Source: Schmidtea polychroa (Eukaryota). From it: a stretch of 64,000 nucleotides of DNA. The translations under genes were made by a program, and so were the position numbers. The stretch covers positions 5,022,001-5,086,000 of the forward strand of contig CM097888.1 of the NCBI GenBank assembly GCA_044892525.1, given 5' to 3'. The notes beneath the pieces were generated by a model. The model was given only the letters and a program-made list of their open reading frames with translations. It searched no databases and was not told where the DNA came from. This document shows positions 1 to 14,205 of this stretch, one piece after another; position 1 is the first letter of the stretch; each line of letters starts with the position of its first letter.

Positions 1-732
1 ATACCTTACTTTCATTGAGTAAAATCGTGCATGACTGATTTATTTTTCTTATGAATAATGACCCAAGGTGGGCAGAGGTCCATAGCGTAGAGGGATTTCT
101 TCGGCTAATAAACCCGTTTTGTCTGTGAAACTATCTATGATCAGTAAAGTATAATTGTGACCGGATGACGACGTTTCTAACTTGACTTAATTTATTTTAT
201 TTCCATCTTTTCTTCACAGCTATGCGATGGGCGACAGAATGAAAAGACGTAAGTCCTTCTATCGGCAGTCAGGGGTAGGAAGTCGAGGCCTCAGTAAGGA
301 GTAGTCCGAAGGAGATGGCTCACCTGCTTACTGGCGTCTCGCCGGCATAGCACAGTTCCAACGTGAAGTGATTCACGGGTGCTATGTTGGAGGGTAGGTT
401 ATGTACGGGCCCTGCTCGGGGATGACGAAATAAGGACGAGCGTAATCAAAGTGGGCATTCATCCTCTAGGCTAAACATGGAACTAAGGGTGGTCATCCGA
501 GTAGTACCCGCAACAGAAGGGATGAGTAGGGATTATCTGAACGCCAGGCGATTTCAAAATGGTCAAACTCGATAACAGGATTTGTTGGATTATAAACTTG
601 GAGCCAAGCAAATGATGGTTGATAAAAATAGAAATTTTAGTAATTTTGATTTATTCAATGAGCATCATTTAACTTCAACGAATATTTTCTTTTAAGGACC
701 AATCTATTTGTTAGTACATAGTTGTTTGTATT

Positions 733-2012
733 TGTTAGTAAGTAATTGGTAGGTGGTTGTAAGTACTTGGTATCTGGTTGATAACTCATTGTTGGTACTT
801 GGTATCTGGTTGTTGGTAATTAGTATCTGGTTGATTGGTAGTTGGTTGTTAGAAGCTGGTTGTTAGTGGCTGGTTGTTAGTATCTGGTTGTTAGTATCTG
901 GTTGTTAGTATCTGGTTGTTAGTATCTGGTTGTTAGTATCTGGTTGTTAGTATCTGGTTGTTAGTATCTGGTTGATAACTCATTGTTGGTACTTGGTATC
1001 TGGTTGTAGGTAATTAGTATCTGGTTGATAACTGATTGTTGGTAGTTGGTAGCTGGTTGTTAGTGGCTGGTTGTTAGTGGCTGGTTGTTAGTGGCTGGTT
1101 GTTAGTATCTGGTTGTTAGTATCTGGTTGATAACTCATTGTTGGTACTTGGTAGCTGGTTGTAGGTAATTAGTATCTTGTTGATAACTGATTGTTGGTAC
1201 TTGGTAGCTGGTTGTAGGTAATTAGTATCTGGTTGTAAGTATCTGGTTATAGGTAGTTGGTATCTAGTGGTTAGTACTTGGTATCTGGTTGTAGGTAATT
1301 AGTATCTGGTTGATAACTGATTGTTAGTACTTGGTAGCTGGTTGTTAGTATCTGGTTGTAGGTAATTAGTATCTTGTTGATAACTGATTGTTGGTACTTG
1401 GTAGCTGGTTGTTAGTATCTGGTTGTAAGTAGTTGGTATCTAGTTGTTAGTACTTGGTATCTGGTTGTAGGTAATCAGTATCTGGTTGATAACTGATTGT
1501 TGGTACTTGGTAGCTGGTTGTTAGTATCTGGTTGTAAGTAGTTGGTATCTAGTTGTTAGTACTTGGTATCTGGTTGTAGGTAATCAGTATCTGGTTGATA
1601 ACTGATTGTTAGTACTTGGTAGCTTGTTGTTAGTATCTGGTTGTAAGTAGTTGGTATCTAGTTGTTAGTACTTGGTATCTGGTTGTAGGTAATCAGTATC
1701 TGGTTGATAACTGATTGTAAGTACTTGGTAGCTGGTTGTTAGTATCTGGTTGTAAGTAGTTGGTATCTAGTTGTTAGTACTTGGTATCTGGTTGTAGGTA
1801 ATCAGTATCTGGTTGATAACTGATTGTTGGTACTTGGTAGCTGGTTGTTAGTATCTGGTTGTAAGTAGTTGGTATCTAGTTGTTAGTACTTGGTATCTGG
1901 TTGTAAGTAATCAGTATCTGGTTGATAACTGATTGTTAGTATTTGGTAGCTGGTTGTTAGTATCTGGTTTTTAGTATCTGGTTGTTAGTATCTGGTTGTT
2001 AGTATCTGGTTG
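733..2012. repeat. Hierarchical G/T-rich tandem repeat (7-bp subunits, 14-bp TATCTGGTTGTTAG, 109-bp higher-order unit)
   Basis: Six perfect 14-mers at 881-964; marker TAACTGATTG recurs at 1381, 1490, 1599, 1708, 1817, 1926 (period 109). Confidence 0.95.
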
Positions 2013-2049
2013 ACCAATAAATATGACTGGAGTATTCGTCATTCAGTAC

Positions 2050-3935
2050 ATAATGAACTTCCTAAAAATCCAGAAAATCCAATATTCAGTAAGCCTGATT
2101 CCGACAAGACCAAATAACCCAAAGTATCATAGTCGACATTAAAAGATACAAAAAATGCTCAAACAAAAAAAGGAAAGAGGATATTGAGGAGGCAGTAAAT
2201 CAATTTATGCTCCATCAACTATCAATAAATGAAATCCTCTACTGGTTTAAAAACAATTACCAAAAAGGTCAAAAGCCAAAATGAGCATACAGAACTGAAA
2301 ACAAAAAGCTAACTCTCTGCTCCTATCAAATACAGAGACTCTACACATTAAACCCTGGCAAAGCAATAAAAGAAATTCATCAAGACTCGAACAAGGTCAT
2401 AGACCTAACACCAGCGTCAATGGATCTACATTTCACGAGGACAAAACCTCCCAAGTTACAAGACAAGATCAGTATCACAGACAGAAAACCCGAATGGGAA
2501 TCTTCGAAAACAATAACAGAAAAAGATGTAATCATTGCAATAAAGAACAGCAAAGACTCGGATCCAGGAGATGAATACTTCAATAGAATACTGGAAACAA
2601 AGAAAATTCCCGATTCATGGAAAACCTACACTACAAAATTGATAATAAAACCAGGAAAAGATAGGCAGGCTCAAAATTCAGCTAACTGGAGACCAATAGC
2701 GTTGATGCCAACCAGTTACAGAATCTTCATGCAAATATTAAACAGAAGAATTCTCCAATGGATCCACAAACACAGACTTATATCAGAATGGCAAAAAGCA
2801 GTAAATATAGCCAATGGATGCGACGAACACAATTATATAATAACAGTCCAAAAGGAAAAATCAAATAGAAAAAGATACAAAGGCCAACAGTGTCACCTTG
2901 TGTTCCTGGATCTTGCGGACGCATTTGGTAGTATACAACACGAAATTATATGGCGTACTCTTCAACAAAAAGGCTTAAACAAAAACACCATAAAACTGCT
3001 GCAAGAGTGCTACAAAGACTATATACCAAAGTGGAGACACAAAATCCAGCGAAATTAAACAAGAAAAAGGTGTCAAACAAGGATTCCCATTATCCAGGAC
3101 AATCTTTAGCCTCTGTATTGAATATCTAATACAAGCTGCAATAAACAGCGGAAAAGGAGTTCAGATGGCAGGAAAAAAAATAAGTATCCTAGCCTATGCA
3201 GATGACCTCGTCTTAATGGCACCACAACATCATTTGATACAAGAACTGCTAGACATAATCGTAGAACAAGCTAAACTAGCCCATCTGATATTTAAACCAG
3301 AAAAATGTGGATATTATATCAACAAAAATGACAACGTAGGCTGGGAAAACAACATTTACCTCAACGGCATCAAGATCAAAAAGATAAACGAGGAAAATCT
3401 ATACACTTACTTGGGGTCTTAATAGGAAATACAAAAAAAAACGACCTAAATGAGACCTTCCAAGAAGTGGAAGCCAAAACAACAAGCATATTCAAATCAT
3501 ACAACACCTGTCATTCGAAATTCATATTTATCTTACAAGCAGAGGAAACAACAAAAACCCAGGCAGAAAAATTTGATGATAAAATTAGAATGATGATAAA
3601 AGATAAAGAAGTGCTAAATCTACAACAGAAAAGTCCACTAATGGATGCCATCTTTTACTCCCCTAAAGAAAAAGGAGGAATAGGCATAACCAAAATCGTG
3701 GATAAACAGATGATACAAACAATAGCAAGATTCCTAAAACTGATAAACAGCAAACATACAGCAATAGTAATAATTATCACAGAAGAACTGATTGATGTAG
3801 CCGAAACCATAACTGAAACTCCCATCAACTCACACTACCAGAAGCATTGAAGTGGCTGGATGGAACATATGAACATAAAAGATCAAGCTTAGCCAAAAAA
3901 TCCTGGCTCAATAGAATAAAAAACTCAAACTCAAC
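2050..3935 (+). mobile_element. Degenerate non-LTR retrotransposon RT fragment, R2/NeSL-like (RLE-type clades)
   Basis: ORFs 2420-3058, 3165-3422, 3467-3850 carry WRPIAL, FLDLADAFGSI, GVKQG (3068-3082), AYADDL, YTYLG and KGGIGI. Frameshifted; no C-terminal CCHC/endonuclease visible. Confidence 0.85.
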
Positions 3936-6900
3936 ATTTTAACAACCTGAGATTTGTTGAATAGTCGTTACACTCTTTATCTAAATAAGGAACTCCACCT
4001 TAGAGGTATACATTTTCTGAATAATTGATTCAAAATGTTTAAATGTCATATATTTGGAGTTTTGATGGTTAATGCTATATGAGTGGACATTTTCCACTGT
4101 AAACAGCTTACAGTTACTCTTATGCAATCAGTTTGACAGTTGCTCGCCTTTGTGGTCTATAATTCTTATCATAAAATCTAATAAAACGTAATCTCTTTGA
4201 ATATGTATTTTGCCTTAGTATCTTGAAATATTGGAGAGCCATTTTGATTACTCTGATTTTAAATGTCTAGCAGTTAGCAAAAGTCCTATAAATAATTTTT
4301 TCAATATTGTTTGCAGGTTTCCAGCATTTTTCATATTGCTTTTCTGTGTATAATCGAATAGTCTCCATATTTTTGAACTCCGTTATCAAAGAAATCAAAT
4401 TTTCAGAGAAAATAAGTTTGAACGATCGAACCTATATTTCAATTGTCACATTTGTACGAGTGTGTAATCGTATCTACAATAAAGTAAAATTTTTATCGAT
4501 AACTGTTTTTCACTAATATTATATAAGATTAATAAATTTAAATTTATATTAAATTATTTATAATTATCATTTATATCTAATCAATTATTTGCAAAGTAAA
4601 AAATAGAAAATAAAAAATTAGTTTAAATAAACATAAAAAAATTCCCGAAAGTCAAAATAAAGATTAATAATGTGAAAAACTGAAAACTTTATACTCACTA
4701 TTTATTTCTAATTCTAATAAATAAAACTTTCAAATTTTGACAGTGATTTATAACAACAATATTTCATTTCGAAACAAACAAACTTTCAATAGACAATCAA
4801 CTCTGAATATTGCTACCCAACTGATCAGTGAAGGGTCGATGATTATTATACATTCTAACTATGTCACGTGTTCTAATAAAAATCAATTATATGATGCTTC
4901 AAATTGTAGTTTATTTGGAACATCATATCCAGAATTCCTCAATTTTATCAGTTATTTATTATTCATCGTGGTCTTGTTATGGTCTTATTATTAATTAATC
5001 ATTAGTTCTTTGTCGATTGGTCGAAGTGATATGGTTATAAGTTATGTTAGTTTATGAATTTTTTTCGGTATTTTTGTTTATTTTTCATATCATTTTAGTA
5101 AAATGTCAGAAATTAAATTAAATAAAATTTATCTGCGAATTAATCATGACCTCAATTTCTTAAAAAAATTGATTTTTATTTTAATTCGTTTTTGATTGCC
5201 ATTGAATCGAATTGGAATATATAAAGGCCTAAAATCATTCTCATTTGAGTGAATTCATGTGATCGGCATCAATTGAATGATAAAAAACCTTTCGACACAA
5301 TACTTATAGGTATCACTGAGCAAAATCCTTTATCTGTTCAGGGATTGGCGATGAAAATTTATGACTTCAAGGGCCGAATATCAAAACTTAAAAATTTTGC
5401 AAATAAATAAAAATTTGTGATATGAAGTTTATTCAATTAATTTTCCAGTTGATGCTGTTATTTTATGTTATATGAACTTGTAAAAGTTATTGAAATTCAA
5501 GATGAACAAACATACTCTTTTTTTCTCTCAACTTTCAGTTTCCTGTATATTACCAATTGCTGTCAAATTCATGTTTGTTTTTTCTTATCCCTTAGATTGG
5601 ATTTCATCTCATATCTTGCCAAAGATAATTCTTTTAAAGAGAATGATTTAAGAGAATTTATATTCATTTGTTAGACAATTAAATAATTAAAAGCAAACAC
5701 TAAACAAAATTTGAAATAAAATTTAATACCAAACCTAAAAAAGAAAAAATTTCATCATTTAACCAATAAACCGAAATGCACAGATTTGGATTTATGACAA
5801 TTTGATGACAATTTGACTATCAAAGGTAGAATAACATGTAAAGATACTTTTTGATTGGTCAATTTAAATAAAAAAATCAAATCAAAATAGAAATTACTCA
5901 TAATTTATTATAAAATATCATAAATTATATTTTTCACTTGTGTGTCTACACAAAACATCAAAGGATCCAGAACGAAATTTTCCTATCTACATGAACTCGT
6001 TTAAATAAAGAGATATAAATCCACTGTTTGTCCCAAACATAAATTTTGAATTTTCTTTTGGAAAGTAACCAATGTACTAACCAACTGTTTCGATGATTAT
6101 AAGGACCAAGCAAGCTTAAAAGAAAAGGCTGTATAAATGGGCTCAAACCCTCCTTTATAGGTAGAATACTCATAAGACCAGAAATAAATTAATTTTTACT
6201 ATATATATTTTTTCTAATGTTAAAATATTTATTTTTTTGAATAAAAATAATTTATTTGTTTTCAATGACCTCTGATTGGTCGATACCAGTTAAACTTTGC
6301 TCAACAAAAATATTTTCTAAGTCGTAAGATAAAATGATTTCGACATAAAATTGTTGTGTAAATCACAGTGCAAGCACTATACGAGCAAAATATATAGGTA
6401 CATAACACGTTTTATTTTTTTGGATTAATCTAAAAATTTTATTCTTAATACGAATTGTATAATTAAATTATATTATTTCTACAGAATCAACAGTATTTTA
6501 TTTAATTCATTTTTTAAATATTATCTTATTTACTTTAATGTGACAAAATATTACTCAACATATTTTCAAATATCAAGCAAGAACTGATAATGCCTCTGAT
6601 AAGTCCCGTTGAGAATTCAATTGTGTTAAATAACCAAAAATAATTTTAAAATTTGTTGCAAAGCGCTCTAAAATTTGAAATATTTAAACAACACACAAAT
6701 ACCCTTAAAATAATGCAATTCTCATCAAAAATTTGTTGCATGATAAATTCTAATGAAATGAGAAAAAAATGATTTCGGTTTTGTTAACCAGTGAATTTAT
6801 AGTTGTGTGGTAAATCTGTCCCCGTGGGTGTGTATGTCGATATATGATTACTAGTGATTGCCGAGAGATGGGAAACTCCACCACAGAGTGCAACGTGTGC

Positions 6901-9900
6901 GCTTAATATACTTCATGCTATCAATTATACTAGGAATGTCGTAGGCAGTGTCTAGCTCATTATGTTACGTAATACTCTATCAGTATGACGTGGCGCTTAT
7001 ACTCATTATTGTCGTCGCTTGGAGAAATTATTGATTCGTCCTTCAACTGTTTAGTTAAGGCCTGACCTTTTGTTTTAAATGACTTAATGTGTATCTACCG
7101 GTGAATTTATTAATCGTCTTTTCTGTAAAATGTTAATGATTTTGTTTTCTCGCTGTCCCTGTGAAATTTTTTATGTCTTTACTTCTAATCAACTGCCACG
7201 GTGTTGTCGGGCTAGGAATACTAATCTTCCTATATAATTTAACTTTTCCAGCTGTGCTCCGTAGTTGCTCGACTTACCGGAGCGTTCCAACTTCCTTCCT
7301 TTCTTCCTCCACAGCGTCACGGCAGTTAACCGGATGAACGGCTTACGATAAATAAAATGCCCCAACATTTTTTTAGATGCGACTCCATGATGAATTTCGC
7401 TTACTTTCTCGAACATTTTTACTGAATTTTGATTATTTTCCATATAATTTCTATTTCTTTCATTTTCCTAATTTATTTTTATATTATTTTTCTCAAATAT
7501 TTTATTCTTAATTCCTATTTCCATTTATCGCTAAATTCAAAATTGAATTAATTGTTATATAATTTTATGTTATATTTATGCTTTTCATGTATTGTACTTT
7601 TTGCTCTAGTTATTTATTTTAATTAATTTTTATGTTTCATCATTTTAGTGTTATGTTTGCTCGTTTTTTCGTGTTTACTTGGTGTTTTCTATGTGTTTTG
7701 ATTTTAAATCGACTTAAGGCTATGTCTGCATTTGTGTTCACGGTCTTGGTCAAAATTCCACATTAACCTTTGGCCAAAATCAACTTTGACCCAACATAAT
7801 AATTTAATTTTATTTTTTTAATCACATTTGCCTACAAAATCAAAAAACAATTATTTCACAGTTTCGAGTATACTAAGACCGTAATATGAGATTTTTCAAA
7901 ATCTTAATGCTTTGACTTATCTCTGTCTTCGTTTCTTTTCGGACTAGATCAATACTTGAAAGAGAGTGCAGAAAAATTGTGTTAAATAAATAAAAATATT
8001 GATCTAGTTTGAAAAAACTAAACATAAATGATGTTGAAAATAAATCAATGGTTGGGGATTATAAAATATTCTACTAAAAATTTAAACGCCAAATTTTTCA
8101 CAATCTTTTAGAACATAAATATTTTTGTCAACACATTAAAAATTAATCGCTATACCAATTATATTGTATATCTGACTGTAAGAATTTGTCTGTTTAATGA
8201 AATAAGCCAATCTTTATTTATTGATTGGCTTTTCGGTAAATTTTGGGTTGATATATTTTGATCTTTTGTTACAATCACTTTGACTTTTTCATTTTCGGCA
8301 TCTGAAATATTTATTCATATTGGTGGCAATTTTATTGCTTGTAAAACCTCCAAATTTGTTGAAAAATCGTAATAAAGTTACAATTGATCCAATAAATTAT
8401 TTAAAGTTTTCATAGGTCTTGGGAGTGAGTTTGGTAAGTATCTATGAATATGATTCTAATATTTTTCCTGTGTACAATCAACTGCAAAAATGTATTCGGA
8501 ATACATTTTGATTCCATTTTATCCGTATTTTAAAATGATTAAATCATAATCTTCAAGGTGATGAATTACAACTGGAAATTAAATATAACTTTTTATAAAT
8601 ATTATATGACTTGCAGGCTGGACCAAAATACTTTTAAATCTATAAAATGCTACTTGTTGATCTGATGTGAGGGTTTCTATCATCTTCCTTCCCTCAATTT
8701 AAAATCTATTGGGGAAAAATCAAAATACAATAACTTCCGGATATAACAATACCTTTTTGCCGGAATTTTGTCTTGCTCTAACCAGATTTTATAATGGGTT
8801 TTCTTTAAAATGGAACTTTTAGTACAGTACAAGCACTATTGCTACGCACCAATTTTACAATATACAATTTTTTATAATATCCGATTTTACTATATCCGGA
8901 GGGTAATGTAAATTATTAAAATTTTTGTTTTAATTACATAAATTAAAGTCAACATCGAAAATGTGTTTTTTAGTCAAAATGTGAATAAATTAGGTTCTTC
9001 ATGAAATGCAAAATAATGTAAAATAACGTAAAATAATAATATAAATCCTATTACAAAATACTTAAATGGGCAAAAATATCATGTATTGAACATATAATAA
9101 TTATAATAAAAACAATAATAATATAATAATATTAATAGAAAAAATAATATTTTTGAATCATTCCATAACTGATTGATCAGTTCCTTCAGCAATATCTAAA
9201 ATAATATTATTATATTGTAACATTAAAATGTTTACTAGTATAATCTTTAAGTTAGGATAATTGATAAAAAAAAATTCCATGAGTTTTATTCATTTCTGGA
9301 CACCACGTGTAATTATTTTAATCTTCTAAACATTCTATAACCTATAAGAAAAATAAAGTTATTTTTTCAAAATAAAAAAAAATCACTAAAAAATAGATAA
9401 ATGGTCAACTGAAACGACCCATATAGCAAGGAAATCGCAAAAAGTATATTTAAAACTATTATAAAACAAAAACAAAAACATAACAAGAGAAAATAAGTAA
9501 AACAAAATTAATAAAATCAAAAACCTTAAGCAATTGTATTAAGCAAAGAATAAATCGCCTAAAAATACATATAACTGCAGAAAACACCACTGTATCCATG
9601 AGATAAGGATGGTGTATTAAGGCGATCATTTGACTAATCAGGATTGAAAAGAAAAGAAATAATAACCGACAAACCTTTGACAAACGATCTTGAAAGCTTT
9701 TAGAAAATATAACACCAGAACTCAAACAAGATCATGTAAAAAGGCCGCACGAGAAACTTTAGGTAGGCGGCAAATAGGAACACCATCAAACCCACATTTT
9801 AAGGGGGATCTTCATCTAAATATTAACACAATAAATAAAGATGCTTACCGTACATGATGTAAATTCCAACCCAACCTTATTTTTTATTCGAATTCTCTTG

Positions 9901-10471
9901 ATCTCTTTGTTCTTTCAGAAAAATCGTCTAGATAAGACAATTTTATTAACAAATTTGTTTTTTTTAAATATGCACTTACTAATTAGTGTCGTAAATAATT
10001 GTTTAATTTTATTGATTTCCACATTACCCACATAACTCACAAATCGATATCGATGAGTTCAGCAGCAGGCTACAGTTCATATTAATCAGCAAGCACGAAT
10101 TAAAATAAAATTGACACAATATCAAGCGATATGTGGAGGAGGAGATCATGAAAACCATCATGTCCAACATCGCCGTTATTTCTATTTTCATTATTATTAC
10201 TACTTTTATTATTATAAATGTTAGGATTATCATTATTTTACTATGACCATTTTTACAATTATGTTCCTTTCTAGCATTGTCATTATCATGATCATATTAT
10301 TAGTTTAAACATCAAACAATACCCGATAAATCATTTCAGTATTGAAAGGTTCGTTTTTTTAAATTTAAAATAAAACGTTTTAAAACGTTTGAAATTAAAG
10401 TAAATTTAATAAAATAAAAAAATATAAATGAAATATCATTTTTATTTTCAAATTGTAAATTAAAAAATAGA

Positions 10472-11465
10472 TTAATTGTCATCTCCAAACAAAAGTGAAT
10501 CTTGAATATCGTTGGGATTGTCAATGATAGTGTTAGGAAACGCATGCAAAAGATTTTCTTGTTCATCTAGTTCAATGTCACTTAGAAGATAGATAATTGG
10601 ATCTTGTATTTGTTTCTTTTCTTCTTCCTGATCAATTTCAGCATTTGCATCGACAGCTTCGCTAGCCATTTCTAACTCATTAGAAAGTGGAGCTTCAGCC
10701 TCTGTATTTTCATTAGTTGGGGTGCATATGCGTGCCATATGATGAACAAATGGATGGCGTTTGCCATTAAGTTTTCTCAAAGCCACTTGGCAGTTGTGAA
10801 CCACTGCTACTTGTTTTTCTACTTTTGCAGCTCCACAACGATTACCGCGAGAAGTATGAACACGCTTTCCTACCTTGTGTTGCCTCTTAATGCCTGCAGA
10901 TGATGCAGGAGCAGTGTATACTTGGATTAACAATTTGCTCATGTTAGGAAAATCAGAATCTTGTCCCCAAATCAAGCGAGGAGTGAAATCAATAATTGCT
11001 GTAATTTTTACATGCTGCTCTTGGTGCACTGAAAAAGTAAGAAATTCCGAAATAAGATGATTGTGTAACTGCGGCTGATCTTCTACATAACGGCTTGCTA
11101 ATTGTTTCAGAGCTTCACGACATTGTTGTTTTATATCTCCATGACCTAAATTTATAGCTTCACATCCGTGGATTTTTGCAACATTGATACGCATTAAATA
11201 ATAGAATGGATCACAGAAGAAGGCCAGTGCATGTACTGGTGAATAAATTCTCGTCCAACGATATATAAGCTGCTCAAGCATGCGATTACAATTTTCTCCT
11301 CAAGAACATTCTTAATCTGAATGTAGGTATAAACAAAGCTCGCGTATGCTGTTGCCATTGTTGCAGTTTCACTTTCTAGAGCCCCAATACACTTGCAAAT
11401 TGGATCAAAAATTTTTATCGCAAAAGTAACATCTTTCCAGAAAGAAGGATCAATAATAATAGAAA
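10472..11465 (-). mobile_element. hAT transposase C-terminal remnant (dimerisation domain)
   Basis: ORF 10472-11281 has HALAFFCDP, W...FPNMSKL and PASSAGIKRQ (SSA.ER-like). A frameshifted upstream part reads FWKDVTFAIKIFDPICKCIGALESE. Confidence 0.75.
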
Positions 11466-14205
11466 TAAAAGAAGGAGATAATTCGAAAGTATTATCAAGT
11501 TAGGGTATTCTAGAAAAAAAAGCTAGGGCAAGATCAACCAGATAACAAATAACAATGCATTCCAACAAAATCCCTTATTTCTCTATGGATACCCCAATGA
11601 TATATCCAAATTATATTATCACTTCTAATAAGATACAATTTATTGGTATAAATTTCGAAGATGAATAAATGATATTAGTATAGAGAGAGGGGTGCGGATA
11701 AGTCAATTTCAGTACAAATACCCTGGCTTCTAGAATAATCAATATTTTGCTTTATTAATGAGTGAGCATGAACTATAGGGTACCTATTTGCACCTATCAT
11801 CATCATTATTCTAATGATTATCATTAACGTTAGGATTATGGTCATTGGTATCATCACAGGGCTTGGTTAAGTCGCCTTGTTCTTTTCGCGAGACAGTTGG
11901 CACTCTCGAATACTTCTAGACGCCATTATTTTTACTTTATCCTAAAACACGACCCAGAAAAATAGTCAGTTAAAACCTTGCTTCTCGTTTTCGGACAAGA
12001 ACGCGGTTAGGGTTAGGGGACCTGGTTCACCCCCGTCCAAATGAAGGAATCGAATCAAAAAATGATGCGATTAGAGTACTATCGTGATATTCTCGAGGAA
12101 AATCAGGCCCAATGTACCTTGATACGAGAGCAGTTCCAGGATATAATAGCTCGAGGGTCGGATCGAAGGACTACTCTCGGTCGAAAAGTCCCTCCCATAA
12201 TCTGACCAAAAACAAGTTTTGAAATATTGATTTTCAATGTTACCTACATTTATAGACTATAACAATTGTAAATGATTTCATTTTTCTTAAATACAATTAC
12301 GCAAAAGATTCACCATACAAAATTCAAGGCTTGTTGCAATAAAAAGTGAGTAATAATGCAGCACAATGATTACTAAACTACCTTTTCGGTTGAACCTTAT
12401 CAATATGCCTGTGTGTATTAACTGGTTACTGTAAGTTCTTCTTCAGCTTCCTCTTATACTTAAAACAAAACGAACTCTCGAATATTAGAATCGACACTGC
12501 TTTATTTCCATGATGTATTATTCCCAAATTTCGGTCTTCCAGCTATGATTGTAGTGATCATCTATTTTCAGAATTAAATTAATTAAATATAATGAGCAGA
12601 TAATAATGAAAAAAACAATTTGGTTTAAATATTAAAATACATTTTGATTTAATCAAAGTTTTCCGAGTAACCCCGTTTGCTCATTTCAAATATCAAATAA
12701 ATTTTTAAAACTATTTATCAAGCAAATTATCAGTATTGAAGATTATGAAATTCAAGTCATTCAAGAATATTCTACAATAAATTTGAATTTGCAGAAACGA
12801 ATAGCATTCACGCAAATAAACATTTCAAGTTGCAACATTTCAATCTTGTTATCTACTTTTCCGACGGACATCATGCCAATCGTCAATATTCACAGGGCTC
12901 GAAAGAACGAGATTATTATGCCGATGAAAACACAATAATGACAAATTCTAAATTTGTTGTTTATGTTTTTTTCTCCACAGTGTTTTTCGCTTCTGACTCA
13001 ATTTTTGTCTCACTTTTATATCTTGTTATTCACTTGTACTTGTAGACACAAAGTCGCACGACGTTGTACCCCCAGAGAGAAATTCAAACACAAATAATAG
13101 AACTAAAAACATTCATATTATAATGATGAGATACAGAACCTATTGTGCATGCATTTACATAGTTTCTTCTTCTAAAACGTCGTCAGAGTGAGTGTACTGA
13201 ACTATTTTGTACGCAAATGCATCACAAATGTCTTTGAATAAAATGTGATCTGAATATAGGCAATATTGCTGATTGATTCTTCTGGGTAAATCTTTAGCAA
13301 ATGTTCAAAGAAGACCTCCAATACATTAGTCTTAGAATTTCTTTCTGGTTTCTCTCTAATTGAAGGAGTATAAGATTTATATATATATATATATATATAA
13401 ATATAAATATAAATATAAATATAAGCTGTGTTATCAATGTCCGTGTCAACTAACTTCTCAAACATTCCTGTCAGATCACCTTCACCTTATTCATCGTCGC
13501 CCTTCACCCAGTTGTTAAAGTCTTCATCTAAATCGTCCAAATTGATTTCATCTTCTACTACAACTTCTACATCCAAGCTGGATACTTCCTTAGAGACACT
13601 GCGCTCATTTATTGTCATGTAGTGTTGCTAATATAAGAATTGTATAGAGCCAATCTAAAACCTCCCATACTTGAAGTATAAGGTAGTTCAATGAAATACT
13701 TCCCTAAAGAAGACGAGGCTTGTTCTGTAAGACACCATAGAATTTAGAAAAGTGTTCATAATTATTGTTCTTTTATGTTTTCAATTTCTTCACTCAAGCA
13801 ATCTTCGACCAATTCCTCTGTTATCTTAGACTACTTTTGAGATAAAAAAATTCAATTTTAGTGCCTTATTTTTCCTTCGACTTCTCTTTGATCTCTTTGT
13901 TCTTTCGGATAAATCGTCTAGATAAGACAATTTTGTTTCCAAATTTTTTTAATTTTAAATTTAGTGTCGTAATTAATTGTTTAATTTTATTGATTTTGTT
14001 ATTTTCCTCTCATTTCCAAATTTTTTTTTCAGAATTTTTATATTTCATACTACGCCTCCCAATTATTTTACGTATTTAATAAATATTCAATTTTATTATT
14101 TTAATATCTTCAACATATCTCCACCCTTATAAAAATATTAATTTACATTATACCTCCAAAATTTTCTGTGCTGTAATTTAAAGTAATCATCTTCCTCTAG
14201 ATGTA

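Noticed and set aside
225-570. U snRNA, SL RNA, SRP, RNase P or group I intron
   Set aside because: Only short partial motif resemblances were found; no full conserved set could be placed by eye.
733-2012. CRISPR array or coding repeat
   Set aside because: There are no unique spacers, the context is eukaryotic, and the 14- and 109-bp periods are not multiples of 3.
7189-7443. 84-aa ORF and GC-richer patch at 6790-7350 as a gene or solo LTR
   Set aside because: No motif, and no matched LTR termini or TSD found.
9590-9800. Ty3 integrase-region remnant (also 15600-15950 on the minus strand)
   Set aside because: Suggestive text, but too decayed to support as a feature without a search.
12005-12020. 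Telomere seed TTAGGGTTAGGGG (also near 60537)
   Set aside because: Only about two units, internal, and common in AT-rich TE ends.
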